Part shown: one piece after another, positions 1 to 10,610 of the stretch
How the letters are laid out: each line of letters starts with the position of its first letter
Numbering within the stretch: the stretch's first letter is position 1
NCBI GenBank assembly: GCA_046349815.1
Contig: JAXMBQ010000009.1
Span: 111,532-175,531, forward strand
DNA: 64,000 nucleotides
Direction of reading: 5' to 3'
Origin: Pirellulales bacterium
Lineage (GTDB): Bacteria; Planctomycetota; Planctomycetia; Pirellulales; Pirellulaceae
Program-made: the position numbers and the translations under genes
Notes under the pieces: generated by a model
The model's database searches: none
What the model was told of the DNA's origin: nothing
Seen by the model: the letters and a program-made list of their open reading frames with translations, nothing else

Positions 1-722
1 CGCGAATCGACGACGACTCGAATTGCTTTTCGAGGATAAGCAGTCGTCGCGTCAACAGGCCGCGCGGTCAACATCGGATCATCAGCCAGCGCCGTGCCGC
101 TCCCCACCATGATCGCATCCATGCGTCCTCGCACTCGATGGGTCCAAGCTCGCGACTCGGCATTCGAGATCCACTGACTGTCCCCTTCATGCGTCGCGAT
201 CTTGCCGTCGAGCGTCATCGCCCACTTGCCGATGATCCATGGTCTGCCATTGTTTAATCGCATCAGATAAGGAGCATTCAGAGCGCGAGCCTCTTTCTCC
301 AACAAGCCGACATCGACTTGCATGCCGGCGGCTCGCAGCAAATCGATCCCTTTGCCTTGCACTTTTGCAAACGGATCGGCCATCGCGCACACGACGCGGC
401 GGATTCCTGTACCGATGAGTGCATCGGTACAGGGAGGTGTCTTGCCGTGATGGCAACAGGGTTCCAGTGTCACATAAGCCGTCGCGCCGTTCAGATCTTT
501 TTCTGCGGCACTCGCGAGCGCTTCTCGTTCGGCATGCAGACCTCCGAAGCGCTGATGAAAGCCTTCGCCCAGCATCACACCGTCGCGCACGATCACACAC
601 CCGACCATCGGATTCGGTTCGACGAACCCTTCACCGCCGGCAGCGCATTCCAAGGCACGACGCATCCACGCTTGATCTTCCGTAGAAAAACTCGTCGGCG
701 TCATTGCGGACGATTCAGCCAT
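1..722 (-). CDS. ribD: Bifunctional diaminohydroxyphosphoribosylaminopyrimidine deaminase/reductase RibD (3' end runs off window)
   Basis: Manual minus-strand translation from ATG at 722 gives PNPMVGCVIV, HAE, YVTLEPCCHHGKTPPC, KWAMTLDGKIA, SQWIS and DDPMLTAR. It has no stop inside the window, so the ORF track misses it. Confidence 0.95.
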   Translation of the reverse strand, partial: MAESSAMTPTSFSTEDQAWMRRALECAAGGEGFVEPNPMVGCVIVRDGVMLGEGFHQRFGGLHAEREALASAAEKDLNGATAYVTLEPCCHHGKTPPCTDALIGTGIRRVVCAMADPFAKVQGKGIDLLRAAGMQVDVGLLEKEARALNAPYLMRLNNGRPWIIGKWAMTLDGKIATHEGDSQWISNAESRAWTHRVRGRMDAIMVGSGTALADDPMLTARPVDATTAYPRKAIRVVVDS

Positions 723-725
723 CGA

Positions 726-1886
726 TCAGCGACCTCCCAAAAAGTGCTCGAAGAATGCATAGAGCTTCGCATTCGAATCGGCGTTCGGCGAATGGTCGGG
801 ACGATTCGACATTCCGACCCGATGTTCCGCGCCGAGGAGGCGATTGACTTCGATCGATCGATTCAACGCGTGCCATCGAGTCGGCGGATCTTCGCTGCCC
901 CCGCTGACGAAGAACGGGCGCGGAGCGATAAGTGAATGCACTTCATGCAAGTCCCGCTTGTCGTTGATCAGCGCCGCATAAACACCCGTACGTGGATTTT
1001 CCGCACTTGGAATGCCGGGCTTTCGAGTGACCTTAGCATCCAATCCGAGATACCAGGGTTCCCAATAATTGACATTCGACCGCGTTTCATCGAATACGAT
1101 GCCGGGGTCGCTGACAGCAACTGCAGCGAATCGCTCATCCAACGCACCTGCGAACAGAGCCCACTTACCTCCGTAGCTGTGTCCGGTCACACCGATGCGC
1201 GCAGCATCGACGTCGGACCTATCGGCAAGAATCTGATAACAGTTCGCGGCAACATATGCATGGAACGAAAGTGGCTGGCATACTGCTGACCCGATTTCGG
1301 GTTTCCAAGCATTTCCGCCGGGAGTTCCGATGTTCAGTGTGACGAAACCGCGGCGAGCGAGCTGCAATCCAAAGTCGCGGAACTGCTTCTCCTCTTTCAG
1401 TCCGATGCTCGTTTCCGGCTCATAGAAGACGACCAGCACGGCCGGCTTTTTACCCGAAGAGTTCGGGATCAGCAAGCGAGCGTCCTGCATCTGCCCCGGC
1501 GCGATTTCGATGCGCACTTTCTGCTGTCGAAAGTTCTCTCGCTCGACTTCTTCCAGCACCTCCACCTTCGGATGTTCGATCAACTTCGGCCAAGGTCCGA
1601 GATAACCATTCCACAGCTTTACAAGTTCGGCGCGCCGCGCACTCCAATCTTCCGCGGTCTTCACTTCGCGACCGTCTTCGAATTTCAGCAGCGAACCGTA
1701 CGGACCATAAACGTCTTTGAATTCAACGGGTGGATTGAATAGATCCGCGATGACAGGCCACGGACTCTTCGCTGGTTCGGCAACGACAGCTTGCGAGTTT
1801 TGTGCGACCGCAGCGCCGGCGCAGACAGCGACACTGAACAACGCCGACCAGCCGGCGGAATAGAAGCGAAACATACTACCGACCAT
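726..1886 (-). CDS. Secreted alpha/beta hydrolase (dienelactone hydrolase / acetyl xylan esterase-like)
   Basis: GHSYGG nucleophile elbow, C-terminal D and H candidates, and a signal peptide ending AVA-Q. Likely start is ATG at 1886 or 1874. Confidence 0.8.
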   Translation of the reverse strand: MVGSMFRFYSAGWSALFSVAVCAGAAVAQNSQAVVAEPAKSPWPVIADLFNPPVEFKDVYGPYGSLLKFEDGREVKTAEDWSARRAELVKLWNGYLGPWPKLIEHPKVEVLEEVERENFRQQKVRIEIAPGQMQDARLLIPNSSGKKPAVLVVFYEPETSIGLKEEKQFRDFGLQLARRGFVTLNIGTPGGNAWKPEIGSAVCQPLSFHAYVAANCYQILADRSDVDAARIGVTGHSYGGKWALFAGALDERFAAVAVSDPGIVFDETRSNVNYWEPWYLGLDAKVTRKPGIPSAENPRTGVYAALINDKRDLHEVHSLIAPRPFFVSGGSEDPPTRWHALNRSIEVNRLLGAEHRVGMSNRPDHSPNADSNAKLYAFFEHFLGGR

Positions 1887-1979
1887 GATCGTGATTCCCG
1901 AACAAGAGCGCTCGAAGCTGCTGCCGCTCTCGCAAACATCTTTGATGCTTGCGATTCGCCCTGCAGGAGTCACCTCACA

Positions 1980-2828
1980 TCAACCGAATCGACCGGTTAC
2001 GTAGTCTTCCGTCTCTTGCAGGTGCGGCTTCGTAAAGATTTGAGACGTTTCGCCGTATTCGATCAAACGCCCCAGATACATGAACGCAGTATAGTTGCTG
2101 ATGCGCGAGGCCTGCTGCATGTTGTGGGTCACGATCAACACGGTGTACTTACCGCGCAGCGTATCGATCAAGTCTTCGATCTTGCCGGTAGCCAGCGGAT
2201 CGAGAGCTGAACAGGGTTCGTCGAGCAGTAACACTTCCGGATCGCTGGCGATGGCTCGCGCGATGCACAATCGCTGCTGCTGACCGCCTGAGAGGCCGAG
2301 ACCGCTTTCGTTGAGCCGATCCTTGACTTCATCCCATAGAGCCGCACCGCGCAAGCTGGTCTCACAGACTTCGGACAGGACTTTTTTGTCGCGCTGTCCG
2401 TCGATGCGGAGCGGATAGACGACGTTCTCAAAGATGCTCATCGGGAACGGGTTGGGCTTTTGAAAAACCATCCCCATTCGTTTACGGAGTTCGATGACAT
2501 CGACTCCTGCCGCAAAGATCGAATCGCCGCCCAGCAGGATATCGCCGCGCGTCGTCAGTCCGTCGATCAAATCGTTCATGCGATTGACACTACGCAGCAA
2601 CGTCGATTTACCGCAACCGCTGGGACCGATGAGCGCGGTCACTTCACCGCGCGGAATCGGCATGCTGATGTCGTGCAGAGCCTGTTTCTTGCCGTACCAC
2701 AAACTGAAATGCTGCACTTCCACTGTCGGCGCAGCCTTCAGGACCGACTCGTGAATGACCGCTTCGACTTTTTCTCCCGCATTGATGCGTTCCAAACGGC
2801 TACGGTTTTCTTTCGTTTTCATGTGCAT
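1980..2828 (-). CDS. pstB: Phosphate ABC transporter ATP-binding protein
   Basis: [43 protein letters not shown]-terminal YVTGRFG. Confidence 0.97.
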   Translation of the reverse strand: MHMKTKENRSRLERINAGEKVEAVIHESVLKAAPTVEVQHFSLWYGKKQALHDISMPIPRGEVTALIGPSGCGKSTLLRSVNRMNDLIDGLTTRGDILLGGDSIFAAGVDVIELRKRMGMVFQKPNPFPMSIFENVVYPLRIDGQRDKKVLSEVCETSLRGAALWDEVKDRLNESGLGLSGGQQQRLCIARAIASDPEVLLLDEPCSALDPLATGKIEDLIDTLRGKYTVLIVTHNMQQASRISNYTAFMYLGRLIEYGETSQIFTKPHLQETEDYVTGRFG

Positions 2829-2834
2829 AGACTT

Positions 2835-5675
2835 CTAGAACTGGCTGCCCTGGAACTGACGCCGCAATCGGGCTCTTAGCAGAATGGCCGACAGGTTCAA
2901 TGCAGCCACGATCAGAATCAACAATAACGTACAAGTGAAGACCATCGGTTTGGAGGCTTCACTGTTTTGACTTTGAAAGCCGAGCCAAAAAATCTGATAG
3001 CCGAGGTGCATAAAGCTGCGCGAGCCGTGGAAGTAAGGGAACTCACTGTCCAGCGGCAGGTCGGGTGCAACAGGCAGTGCGCCTACCAACATCAACGGCG
3101 CGACTTCGCCGATACCGCGAGCCATGGCCAAGATAGCGCCAGTCAGAATACCGGGTCGCGCGTGAGGCAGCACGATGCGATAGATCGTCTGCCACTTGCT
3201 CGCTCCACATGCCAACGATCCTTCTCGCAACGAATTTGGAACTGCGGCCAGGGCTTCTTCCGTAGCCACAATCACGACCGGCAGCGTGAGCAGAGCCAAT
3301 GTCATGCTGGCCCACAACAATCCTTCCTTGCCGAAGGTCGGCGCAGGCAAGCGAGCTTCATAAAAGCCGCTGAAGAAGGGACTCTTCAAGATCAAGATCG
3401 CCGTCAGTCCCAAGGAAACCAACCACACCCAGGGTGCGACTCTCGCACATACTCGAGCCGCCGGGGTGCGCAAATGTGCCGGTCCCGACGACAGAAAACT
3501 CACCAAGAACGCAACTGTTCCGCAGACTACGGTTGCCGCAAAGACGGTATACCATGTTCCCGACGGCAACGCTTCTATGTCGGCGTTCTTCGGACCGCCG
3601 TCGACGAACGCGCCGATCGTGTAACAGAAAAAAGCCAAGCCGAAGACTCCGTAGACAATCGACGGCACACCGGCTAGGTTGTTGATCGAGATGCGCACGA
3701 GCGATACGAGAGGTCCGCTGCGTGTGTATTCCCTTAGATACAAAGCTGCGATGACGCCGAATGGGACGACCGCCAATGTCATAATCAACGTCATGACGAC
3801 CGTGCCCCAGATCGCAGGAAAGACACCGCCCTCTGAGTTCGCTTCGCGCGGGTCTTCAATCAAGAACTCCGCCCAGCGCGATCCGTATACCGCCAGCTTG
3901 CCGCCGATCCCGAGTCGATTGGCGGGAACGATGCGTACGATCTCGTCGCAGTTCAATGCATGGACGGCTGCCAGCGTACTGCGCTGTTGGACTTGAGTTT
4001 GTTTCGGTGCGTCAGTCGCGGAACTCGGTGCGTCACCTCCGCTTGCGGATTCGTCCTTGGGCTTCGGCACCGTGAATACCCACTGCGACACTCGTCCTCT
4101 CTCTGCGGTTTCAAATACGATCTGTTTGCAATCCGCTGTGAACGATTCCAAGATCGGATCGGAGACAACCGTCAAACCTTGTTGAATGAGCAAAGACTTG
4201 GCAGTCTCTGTCCATTTGCCGCTCAACGCAGACCGAATATCATCCTCCGACATTTCTATCGGTACAGCATTGTTCGGCACACTGACGAGCATCTCCATTC
4301 CGGTGGAGCGAGCCCGAAGATCGTTGATCGATTTTTCGAGCGGCAGCTTCTTCTGCAATACGCTCAGCCAAGCATTTTCAAAGACTTCGATCGATCGCTT
4401 GACCTGTTCAGGCTCAGCCTCGAACTGCTTTCGCCATGCTTCCAGGCGTGACTTCACTTCGCTTTCAACGGTCGCGAGTTTCTGCTGACGATAGGCTTTC
4501 CAAATCGCATGCAGTCGAGTTCCGGCGTCGCCGACTGCCCATTTCTTAGCTGTTTCCGCAGCTGAGTCGGCAGCGGCGATCTGCGATTGAACAGTGACAA
4601 GTTCTTGAACCAGCGCCCCTACTTCGTCGATCCGTTCGACGACGCGAGCTCCTGTATCGAGTTCAGCTTGTCGAACTTGCACACGTGCATCGGAGAGTTC
4701 ACGATCCAAGCGACTAATTTCATGCATCTGCTGTTTGATTAGACTGCGTCGCGATGCGAGCCCTCCGGAGATTCGAGCAAACGCATCTAAGATCTCTTGC
4801 GGTTGGTCCCAGCGCAAACGTGCGGCTTGCAACAACGCGTCGCTGCTGCCCGAGCCGGCATTCCATGCGTCGCTTTCGCCGCTCTTGGTTTCAACATGAT
4901 CGACGTCCCCTTTAGCGAGCGCTGCGATGCGAGATTTGAGCAGCTTCGACTTTTGCTCCGCTGCAGCGACGGCGACTGTCGCCAGCAGTTTTGACACTTC
5001 ATCAGCATTTACCGGCGGGTCAAGCTGCAACTGTTCAAACTCGGCGCTGAACTGCGTCATGACCTCGTTTAGTGCAGCGGTGTCCGAATAAGCATTTTCC
5101 ACCGCATCATCTGCGTCGGCAGCTTCGTAATGATCGAGCATCACACTCATGCGCGCCGGTAGTCCGAGCAATCGACCGTACGACATACGCTCTATCACCA
5201 ATGCCCACTGAGGCTGTACAACGTTCTCGGCCTCCAGCTTTGACGATTCAAACCATGTGTAGTGTTCGTTGCTGATATCGAAGTTGGCAGTACGGTAATA
5301 GACCTTGTCTGCTCGTCCGTCGCGATCCTCGTCGATCGTGCGCTGTAGTTCGCCGACGTTCATCGTCCCGTCGTTGAGCAACAACCAATCTACGCGTCCC
5401 GGCCAGAATGTCGCCAAACCGTTGAGAACGATCAATGTAAGAAGGCCGGCGATCATGGCGAGACAGATGACCAGCATGCCGCCGGTCAACCAGATACGGC
5501 TCTCACCGCGAGCCAAAATGGAGAAGCCGCTTTCGAGCGTGCGTCGAGGTGCGTGGCGTTGCGGTTCATTGCGCTGTGATTCACTGCGCTGTGATTCACT
5601 GCGCTGTGATTCACTGCGCACCGCATCGCCCACAGGCTGATTCGCCGAATTTGCCGATTCGCTTGCACTACTCAC
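2835..5675 (-). CDS. pstA: Phosphate ABC transporter permease PstA, long form with large extracytoplasmic coiled-coil insertion
   Basis: PREANSEGGVFPAIWGT, NLAGVPSIVYGVFG, EAA loop REGSLACGASKWQT; position between pstC and pstB. Confidence 0.92.
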   Translation of the reverse strand: MSSASESANSANQPVGDAVRSESQRSESQRSESQRNEPQRHAPRRTLESGFSILARGESRIWLTGGMLVICLAMIAGLLTLIVLNGLATFWPGRVDWLLLNDGTMNVGELQRTIDEDRDGRADKVYYRTANFDISNEHYTWFESSKLEAENVVQPQWALVIERMSYGRLLGLPARMSVMLDHYEAADADDAVENAYSDTAALNEVMTQFSAEFEQLQLDPPVNADEVSKLLATVAVAAAEQKSKLLKSRIAALAKGDVDHVETKSGESDAWNAGSGSSDALLQAARLRWDQPQEILDAFARISGGLASRRSLIKQQMHEISRLDRELSDARVQVRQAELDTGARVVERIDEVGALVQELVTVQSQIAAADSAAETAKKWAVGDAGTRLHAIWKAYRQQKLATVESEVKSRLEAWRKQFEAEPEQVKRSIEVFENAWLSVLQKKLPLEKSINDLRARSTGMEMLVSVPNNAVPIEMSEDDIRSALSGKWTETAKSLLIQQGLTVVSDPILESFTADCKQIVFETAERGRVSQWVFTVPKPKDESASGGDAPSSATDAPKQTQVQQRSTLAAVHALNCDEIVRIVPANRLGIGGKLAVYGSRWAEFLIEDPREANSEGGVFPAIWGTVVMTLIMTLAVVPFGVIAALYLREYTRSGPLVSLVRISINNLAGVPSIVYGVFGLAFFCYTIGAFVDGGPKNADIEALPSGTWYTVFAATVVCGTVAFLVSFLSSGPAHLRTPAARVCARVAPWVWLVSLGLTAILILKSPFFSGFYEARLPAPTFGKEGLLWASMTLALLTLPVVIVATEEALAAVPNSLREGSLACGASKWQTIYRIVLPHARPGILTGAILAMARGIGEVAPLMLVGALPVAPDLPLDSEFPYFHGSRSFMHLGYQIFWLGFQSQNSEASKPMVFTCTLLLILIVAALNLSAILLRARLRRQFQGSQF
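5570..5619. repeat. 15-bp tandem repeat (TGCGCTGTGATTCAC x3.3) encoding RSESQ repeats in the PstA N-terminus
   Basis: Read directly from the sequence. Confidence 0.9.
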
Positions 5676-8308
5676 AGTCGGCCCGTCCTCTTGCGGAATC
5701 GAATTCGAACGAACTCAGCCAAAGTGTTGGCGACGAGCGTCAGCATAAAGAGCAGCAGCGCAGCCAAGAACAATGTGCGATAGTGAGTACTACCCTTTGC
5801 CGCTTCGGGCAATTCCGTCGCCAGTGTCGCGCTCAACGTGCGAAATCCGTTGAATGGATTCCATTCGAGGATGGGAGTGTTCCCTGCGGCCATCAACACC
5901 ACCATCGTCTCACCTACGGCGCGACCTAAGCCGATCATGACAGCACTGAAGATGCCGCTGATCGCACTCGGCACGACCACTCGCAAAGTGGTTTGCCAAG
6001 GCGTTGCACCGCAACCGAGCGATGCGCTGCGAAGTTGCTGCGGGACTGATTGCAGCGCATCATCGGCCAATGTGTAGATCAACGGAATGACGCAGAATCC
6101 CAGCACGGCACCGACCAACAGTGAATTCCGTTCAGAGTAGCCTTTGAACAGCGACTGCCTGAGATCCAACCCGACTGTGTCTAGGCCGCGACCCACGAGC
6201 CAAGCTGCAAATACAACCGCTGCGGTCAGGGCAATCAAACGTACAAGGCTGAAGACCGCGAATGAAAAGTGACTCATACTGACCGCGCGGCGCCGATCCG
6301 ATTCAGCCATCGGCCCGATCAAAATCACTGCGCATAAAACAGTCAGCAGCGGAATCAATAGCAGCATCCATGCGCCCACACCGGAACCGGTGCGACCACC
6401 GAGCCACTGTACGATATTGCCTGCGAAGAAAAGTTGCTCCGTGACGCTGCTCAGTAAGATTGCCGCCCCGATGCCGGCCGGGAGGCAAAGGGCGATGAAG
6501 CCGAGTCGCCAGCGCTGCAACCGCACTGACCTATCCATCGGCAACAGATTCCAGAGATGAGCTCCGAAGACGAAGCTCATCGGTACCGTCAGTAGTGCGA
6601 TCAAGACCGTGCAGAGTACTTGTTGAAGCAGCGGAGCGAGTACGAGTGCTGCGATAAAGCCGAGCACGACGCTGGGGAGGCTGGCCATCATTTCAATGAA
6701 CGGCTTAACGCGCGCTCGAACACCGGGCGAGAGAAACTCGCTGGTATAAATCGCGGCCAGGATTGCCAGCGGCACACTGAACAGCATCGCATATACAGTC
6801 GCCTTCAATGTTCCGAAGACGAGGGGAATGAGACTGAGCTTGGGTTCTGCTGTTTCCGTCCCGGCCGATGATTGCCAAATAGCCTTGGGTTCAGCATGCC
6901 CTTCGTACCAGACATAACCGAACAGGCCTCGCCATGTGGCTTCAGGATATGCCGTGTCGAGCGCTGCAATCGAGGCAGTGTCTTTGGTAAGCGAGACAGC
7001 GAGATTGTTCTTGATCGACAGCCACGATTGATGTGTCGGCTGTTTTTGCTTCGGTGACGACACCGTTTTCAAGAGCGAATCGGTCGTGACCATGACGAGC
7101 CCCAGCCGATCGTCTTCACAGGTCACCAGAGCCAGGTGATTGGCGGCTGACGATGCAATGTTGCGAATCGGTTTGTCAGAGACGGGGATCTCATGTGCCT
7201 CAGCCAATCGATAGTCATCGCTGGAGTCTTTGGCTGCGGTAGCTGCAACGTCGGATTCAGCATCGGCCGAAGATTGAACGATCATCCAGCCGTGCAAAAC
7301 GCCGTGATCATCTCCGATCAACAAGGTTTGACGACCGAGCAATGTCTCTGCACAAGTGATCCGTCCGCCTGCGGGTAAGCCGCTGGTCGATTCCACGGCT
7401 TGCGGTGCTGTCCCTTCCAATGCGAAGCGGTCGATCGTTCCGATGTCCCAGACGAGCAGTGCTTGGGTCGCTCGGTTGGCGATCATCAAATGCAAAGGCG
7501 GCGCCTTACTGCGAGATTGCAAAGCCGTTCGCCTGAGGCTGACCTCCTGCTTGATCTCGCCGGTCAGCATGTTTTCTTTATTTTGAATGTCGGCCAGGAT
7601 CAACTCATCGTCCGAGACAGCTCCCAGCAGCGATGACGACTGCGACGAGAATTGATTGGATGTGCTCGGCGGAATGTAATCGAGTCGTCGAATCGGCTTG
7701 TCGGCCAGTTTCGCTGCTTCCGTCCATTGCGGCGGCACAATATCGACTTTGCGTACATCGTCAGCATCGAACAGCTCATAGAGCGAACCTTCGCTTACGG
7801 CTATTCGATTGTCTGCAGAGAGCCGCACGCTCTCAGGCAGATCCGCACGTTGCAGCAAGCTCGATTGAAAACCGATCGAGGTCATCTGATAGGTGCCGTC
7901 GCTGAACCCCAGCACCAGATGTGTGCGATCGGTGGTGACGGAAGACGCTGTCACCTTTCGCTCCGAGTCCGTAACGAGCGCGAACGAGGCGAGTTCCTTG
8001 CCGTCATGAGCGGAGAAGAAAACGAGTTGACCGTTTTGATCGCAGAGCCAGAAAACTAGTCCGTGCTCATCGACTCCGCCGTGGAGCCAATCAGACGACT
8101 GGATCGGATGGGTTTGCCAATCCGAGAAAGTCGGCGATCGAAAGAGCGGGGATGCACCGGCAAATAAAACCAGGACGACCAACATCACAGCGATGATGGT
8201 CCCCATACCTCCGACGGTAATCAATCGCGAGGCTACTGCATCGCCGAACTTGACTCGCCAAGGCGTTTGTTTTCTGCGCCGCACTCCTGCGTATGCATCA
8301 CCCGACAC
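5672..8308 (-). CDS. pstC: Phosphate ABC transporter permease PstC, long form with N-terminal beta-propeller-like periplasmic region
   Basis: WQSSAG..EPKLSLIPLVFGTLKA, EMMASLPSVVLGF, RAVGETMVVLMAAGN, ELPEA; ATGA-type overlap with pstA. Confidence 0.92.
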   Translation of the reverse strand: MSGDAYAGVRRRKQTPWRVKFGDAVASRLITVGGMGTIIAVMLVVLVLFAGASPLFRSPTFSDWQTHPIQSSDWLHGGVDEHGLVFWLCDQNGQLVFFSAHDGKELASFALVTDSERKVTASSVTTDRTHLVLGFSDGTYQMTSIGFQSSLLQRADLPESVRLSADNRIAVSEGSLYELFDADDVRKVDIVPPQWTEAAKLADKPIRRLDYIPPSTSNQFSSQSSSLLGAVSDDELILADIQNKENMLTGEIKQEVSLRRTALQSRSKAPPLHLMIANRATQALLVWDIGTIDRFALEGTAPQAVESTSGLPAGGRITCAETLLGRQTLLIGDDHGVLHGWMIVQSSADAESDVAATAAKDSSDDYRLAEAHEIPVSDKPIRNIASSAANHLALVTCEDDRLGLVMVTTDSLLKTVSSPKQKQPTHQSWLSIKNNLAVSLTKDTASIAALDTAYPEATWRGLFGYVWYEGHAEPKAIWQSSAGTETAEPKLSLIPLVFGTLKATVYAMLFSVPLAILAAIYTSEFLSPGVRARVKPFIEMMASLPSVVLGFIAALVLAPLLQQVLCTVLIALLTVPMSFVFGAHLWNLLPMDRSVRLQRWRLGFIALCLPAGIGAAILLSSVTEQLFFAGNIVQWLGGRTGSGVGAWMLLLIPLLTVLCAVILIGPMAESDRRRAVSMSHFSFAVFSLVRLIALTAAVVFAAWLVGRGLDTVGLDLRQSLFKGYSERNSLLVGAVLGFCVIPLIYTLADDALQSVPQQLRSASLGCGATPWQTTLRVVVPSAISGIFSAVMIGLGRAVGETMVVLMAAGNTPILEWNPFNGFRTLSATLATELPEAAKGSTHYRTLFLAALLLFMLTLVANTLAEFVRIRFRKRTGRL

Positions 8309-8336
8309 AAAATATCCTCATGATTCAGCCGAAGGA

Positions 8337-9389
8337 CTAGAACTTGGGTTCGAGTCCTGCAGAGCTGAGGGCCTTGCGAGCCACTGCGGCGGGCAGCGGC
8401 AAATAACCGTCCTTGGCCACTAAGGTCTGTCCTTGCTTGCTGAAGATGAACCGCAAAAACTCAGCTCGCAACGGGTCGAGCTTCTTACGAGGGTCATGAT
8501 TCACTGCAATGTAGAGGAAGCGGGAGAGCGGATAAGAACCGTCGTATGCGTTCTGCGCTTCAGCAGCCACCGGTTTGCCGCCGTCCTTCGCAGCCAGCGC
8601 CAACGGTTTGACGTTGGCTGTTCGATAACCGATACCGCTGTATCCGATGGCTAGTGGGTTGCTGCCGACCGATTGCACCACAGCCGAACTGCCTGCAAGT
8701 TCTGCAACTTGATTGCTGTAGTCGCCGTCTCCGAGGACTTTCTCTTTGAAGTAGCCGTACGTTCCCGAAGCGGCATTACGACCGAAGGGCGTGATCGTTT
8801 TTTCAGCCGTAGCTCCGGTCAAACCGACATCGCCCCAAGTCTTCGCCTGCGCCTTGGCACCGAGCTTGCGAGTGCTTGAGAAGATCGCATCCACTTGCGA
8901 GAAGGTGAGGCTCTCCAGCGGATTGTCGCGATGTACGTAGACAGCCAACATGTCGATGGCTGTCGGAACTAGAACCGGCTTGTATCCGAACTTCTTTTCG
9001 AACTCGGCGATTTCTGCAGCTTTGGCATCGCGACTCATTGGTCCGAATGTAGCCGTTCCTGCGATCAATGCAGGAATCGCATTGGATGAGCCCTTGCCGT
9101 CGACTTCGGTCTTCACGCCTGCATACAGCTTGCGAAACTCTTCGGCCCACAGAGTCACGAGATTGTTCATCGTGTCGGAACCGACCGACTTGATCGTTCC
9201 CGAAACTCCGGTCGCGGATTTGTATTCGGGCAGCTTGGCATCCACTGCACCGGCGGCTCCTTGCGCCCAAGCGGAATTTCCCAGTCCGAACGTGCCGATC
9301 GCTGCAGCGGCGGCCAACCCAGATACCGTGCTCTCCAGGAACCGACGTCGACCGATCGAATTTGCAGTGATTGCCGCAGTTGAAGCCAT
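8337..9389 (-). CDS. pstS: Phosphate ABC transporter substrate-binding protein with twin-arginine signal
   Basis: SVGSDTM, GKGSS, GPMSR, GRNAASGTYGYF, YPLSRFLY; GRRRFL Tat motif. Likely start is MASTAA at 9389. Confidence 0.95.
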   Translation of the reverse strand: MASTAAITANSIGRRRFLESTVSGLAAAAAIGTFGLGNSAWAQGAAGAVDAKLPEYKSATGVSGTIKSVGSDTMNNLVTLWAEEFRKLYAGVKTEVDGKGSSNAIPALIAGTATFGPMSRDAKAAEIAEFEKKFGYKPVLVPTAIDMLAVYVHRDNPLESLTFSQVDAIFSSTRKLGAKAQAKTWGDVGLTGATAEKTITPFGRNAASGTYGYFKEKVLGDGDYSNQVAELAGSSAVVQSVGSNPLAIGYSGIGYRTANVKPLALAAKDGGKPVAAEAQNAYDGSYPLSRFLYIAVNHDPRKKLDPLRAEFLRFIFSKQGQTLVAKDGYLPLPAAVARKALSSAGLEPKF

Positions 9390-9466
9390 AGAAAACCTGT
9401 GATTTGTGGGGGTGCAGATGCAGTCCGAGGCTGCCGCCGCGGATAACAGCATAGCATTACTACCCA

Positions 9467-9508
9467 GTTTATGAAGTCTGCGAAGCGTCTGTTAAGATTG
9501 CATGAAGT
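9467..9508 (-). promoter_or_regulatory. Candidate Pho box upstream of pstS
   Basis: Minus strand reads CTTCATgcaat-CTTAACagacg-CTTCGCaga-CTTCATaaact. These are direct repeats at 11, 11 and 9 bp spacing, about 80-120 bp upstream of the pstS start. Confidence 0.55.
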
Positions 9509-9999
9509 TGGCACCACCCTGACATTCTAGCGAAACCACCCCGCAGGGCTGATCGCCTAAGGGCATTAGCGGCTGGTGTTACAACGGTTGCTCAGCTCGT
9601 GCTGCCGCGTGCGAGCTGCGGCTCGTTTCCACTTTCGCTGCATACCTTCTGACCGACGATCGTTGCCGGCTGATACAAAACTGGACTCCGTGGCCAAAAC
9701 TCAACTTGACCTTTGACGCTTGATCCAAAAAGAGCGGTCTTAACGAGTAATCCAATTATTCGTGCACATGCATCTCTGTGTTCGGTCGCAGATCTCCGAT
9801 CGATAGCACGAACGAGCCCACGATAGATGCCGGACTGGGTGCAGTCGCCCAAACCGCATCCTTTCTACCGTCGCGGATGAAAAGATGTCGCAAGTGCAGT
9901 AGGTTCGATTAAATGAAAGATGAGGAATAAAACACCCTGAAACCGGGACCGCATAGCGATCGAGAAAACCACTCCAAACTACAAGCTAAGATTGGGGGA

Positions 10000-10605
10000 A
10001 TGGACCATAGGCGGTCGGTTCTATTTTCTCGGATGAGCTCGATGCATTTTTCTAAGCAATTCATGTTTACCGTTTGGCTGTGTTGCGCAAGCGGCATCAT
10101 GGCCCTATGGGGATTCAGCGATTTCCGTCCGGGCAAGTCCGCATCCGCTCCGCGGTTAATAGAGGTGATCGATCGCGACCCTTCCGCCGCGGAAGTGACT
10201 CGGCCGAAGGTCATGATGTTCGTTCATCCGGCGTGCCCGTGTACCCGCAGTTCTTTGGAGCAGTTAGTCACAGTGCTTCGCGAGCGCCCGGCTACGGCTG
10301 AAGTCATTTTCGTCGGAAAGCCGCGAGACGTCCATGAACACATCGCAGGCTCGCTACTTCAGTCAGGGCGAATCCGCTTTGTCTCTGATGAGTCCGGCGA
10401 ACTCGCTCATCGATACTCAGCCGCCACTTCCGGTCAGTGCATCGTCTATGACCGCGACGGCAAACTGACATTCTCGGGCGGCATCACGGCGGGCAAGGGA
10501 CACGTCGGTCCCTCCGAAGCGCTCGTCGCCTTTTGCAACGCGCTCGACGGCCGTTGCAACGATCAACCCTATGCCGTTTACGGCTGTCCGCTATTCGCAC
10601 AGTGA
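10000..10605 (+). CDS. RedB-like membrane-anchored thioredoxin-fold protein
   Basis: N-terminal [32 protein letters not shown] and C-terminal VYGCPL resemble the RedB family. The true start may be downstream (10012/10042/10062). Confidence 0.7.
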   Translation: MDHRRSVLFSRMSSMHFSKQFMFTVWLCCASGIMALWGFSDFRPGKSASAPRLIEVIDRDPSAAEVTRPKVMMFVHPACPCTRSSLEQLVTVLRERPATAEVIFVGKPRDVHEHIAGSLLQSGRIRFVSDESGELAHRYSAATSGQCIVYDRDGKLTFSGGITAGKGHVGPSEALVAFCNALDGRCNDQPYAVYGCPLFAQ

Positions 10606-10610
10606 TCAGC

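Noticed and set aside
318-935. Long antisense ORFs (e.g. 318-935, 24455-25825, 28809-29672, 33560-34678)
   Set aside because: These are shadow frames of ribD, DUF4416/proS, metF and DUF1598, as expected in GC-rich DNA.
9925-9965. c-di-GMP-I riboswitch-like AAAC..GAAA..GGGACCGC upstream of RedB/MCP
   Set aside because: P1 pairing is weak and no convincing P2 or tetraloop receptor is present. An Infernal search with the c-di-GMP-I model would be needed.
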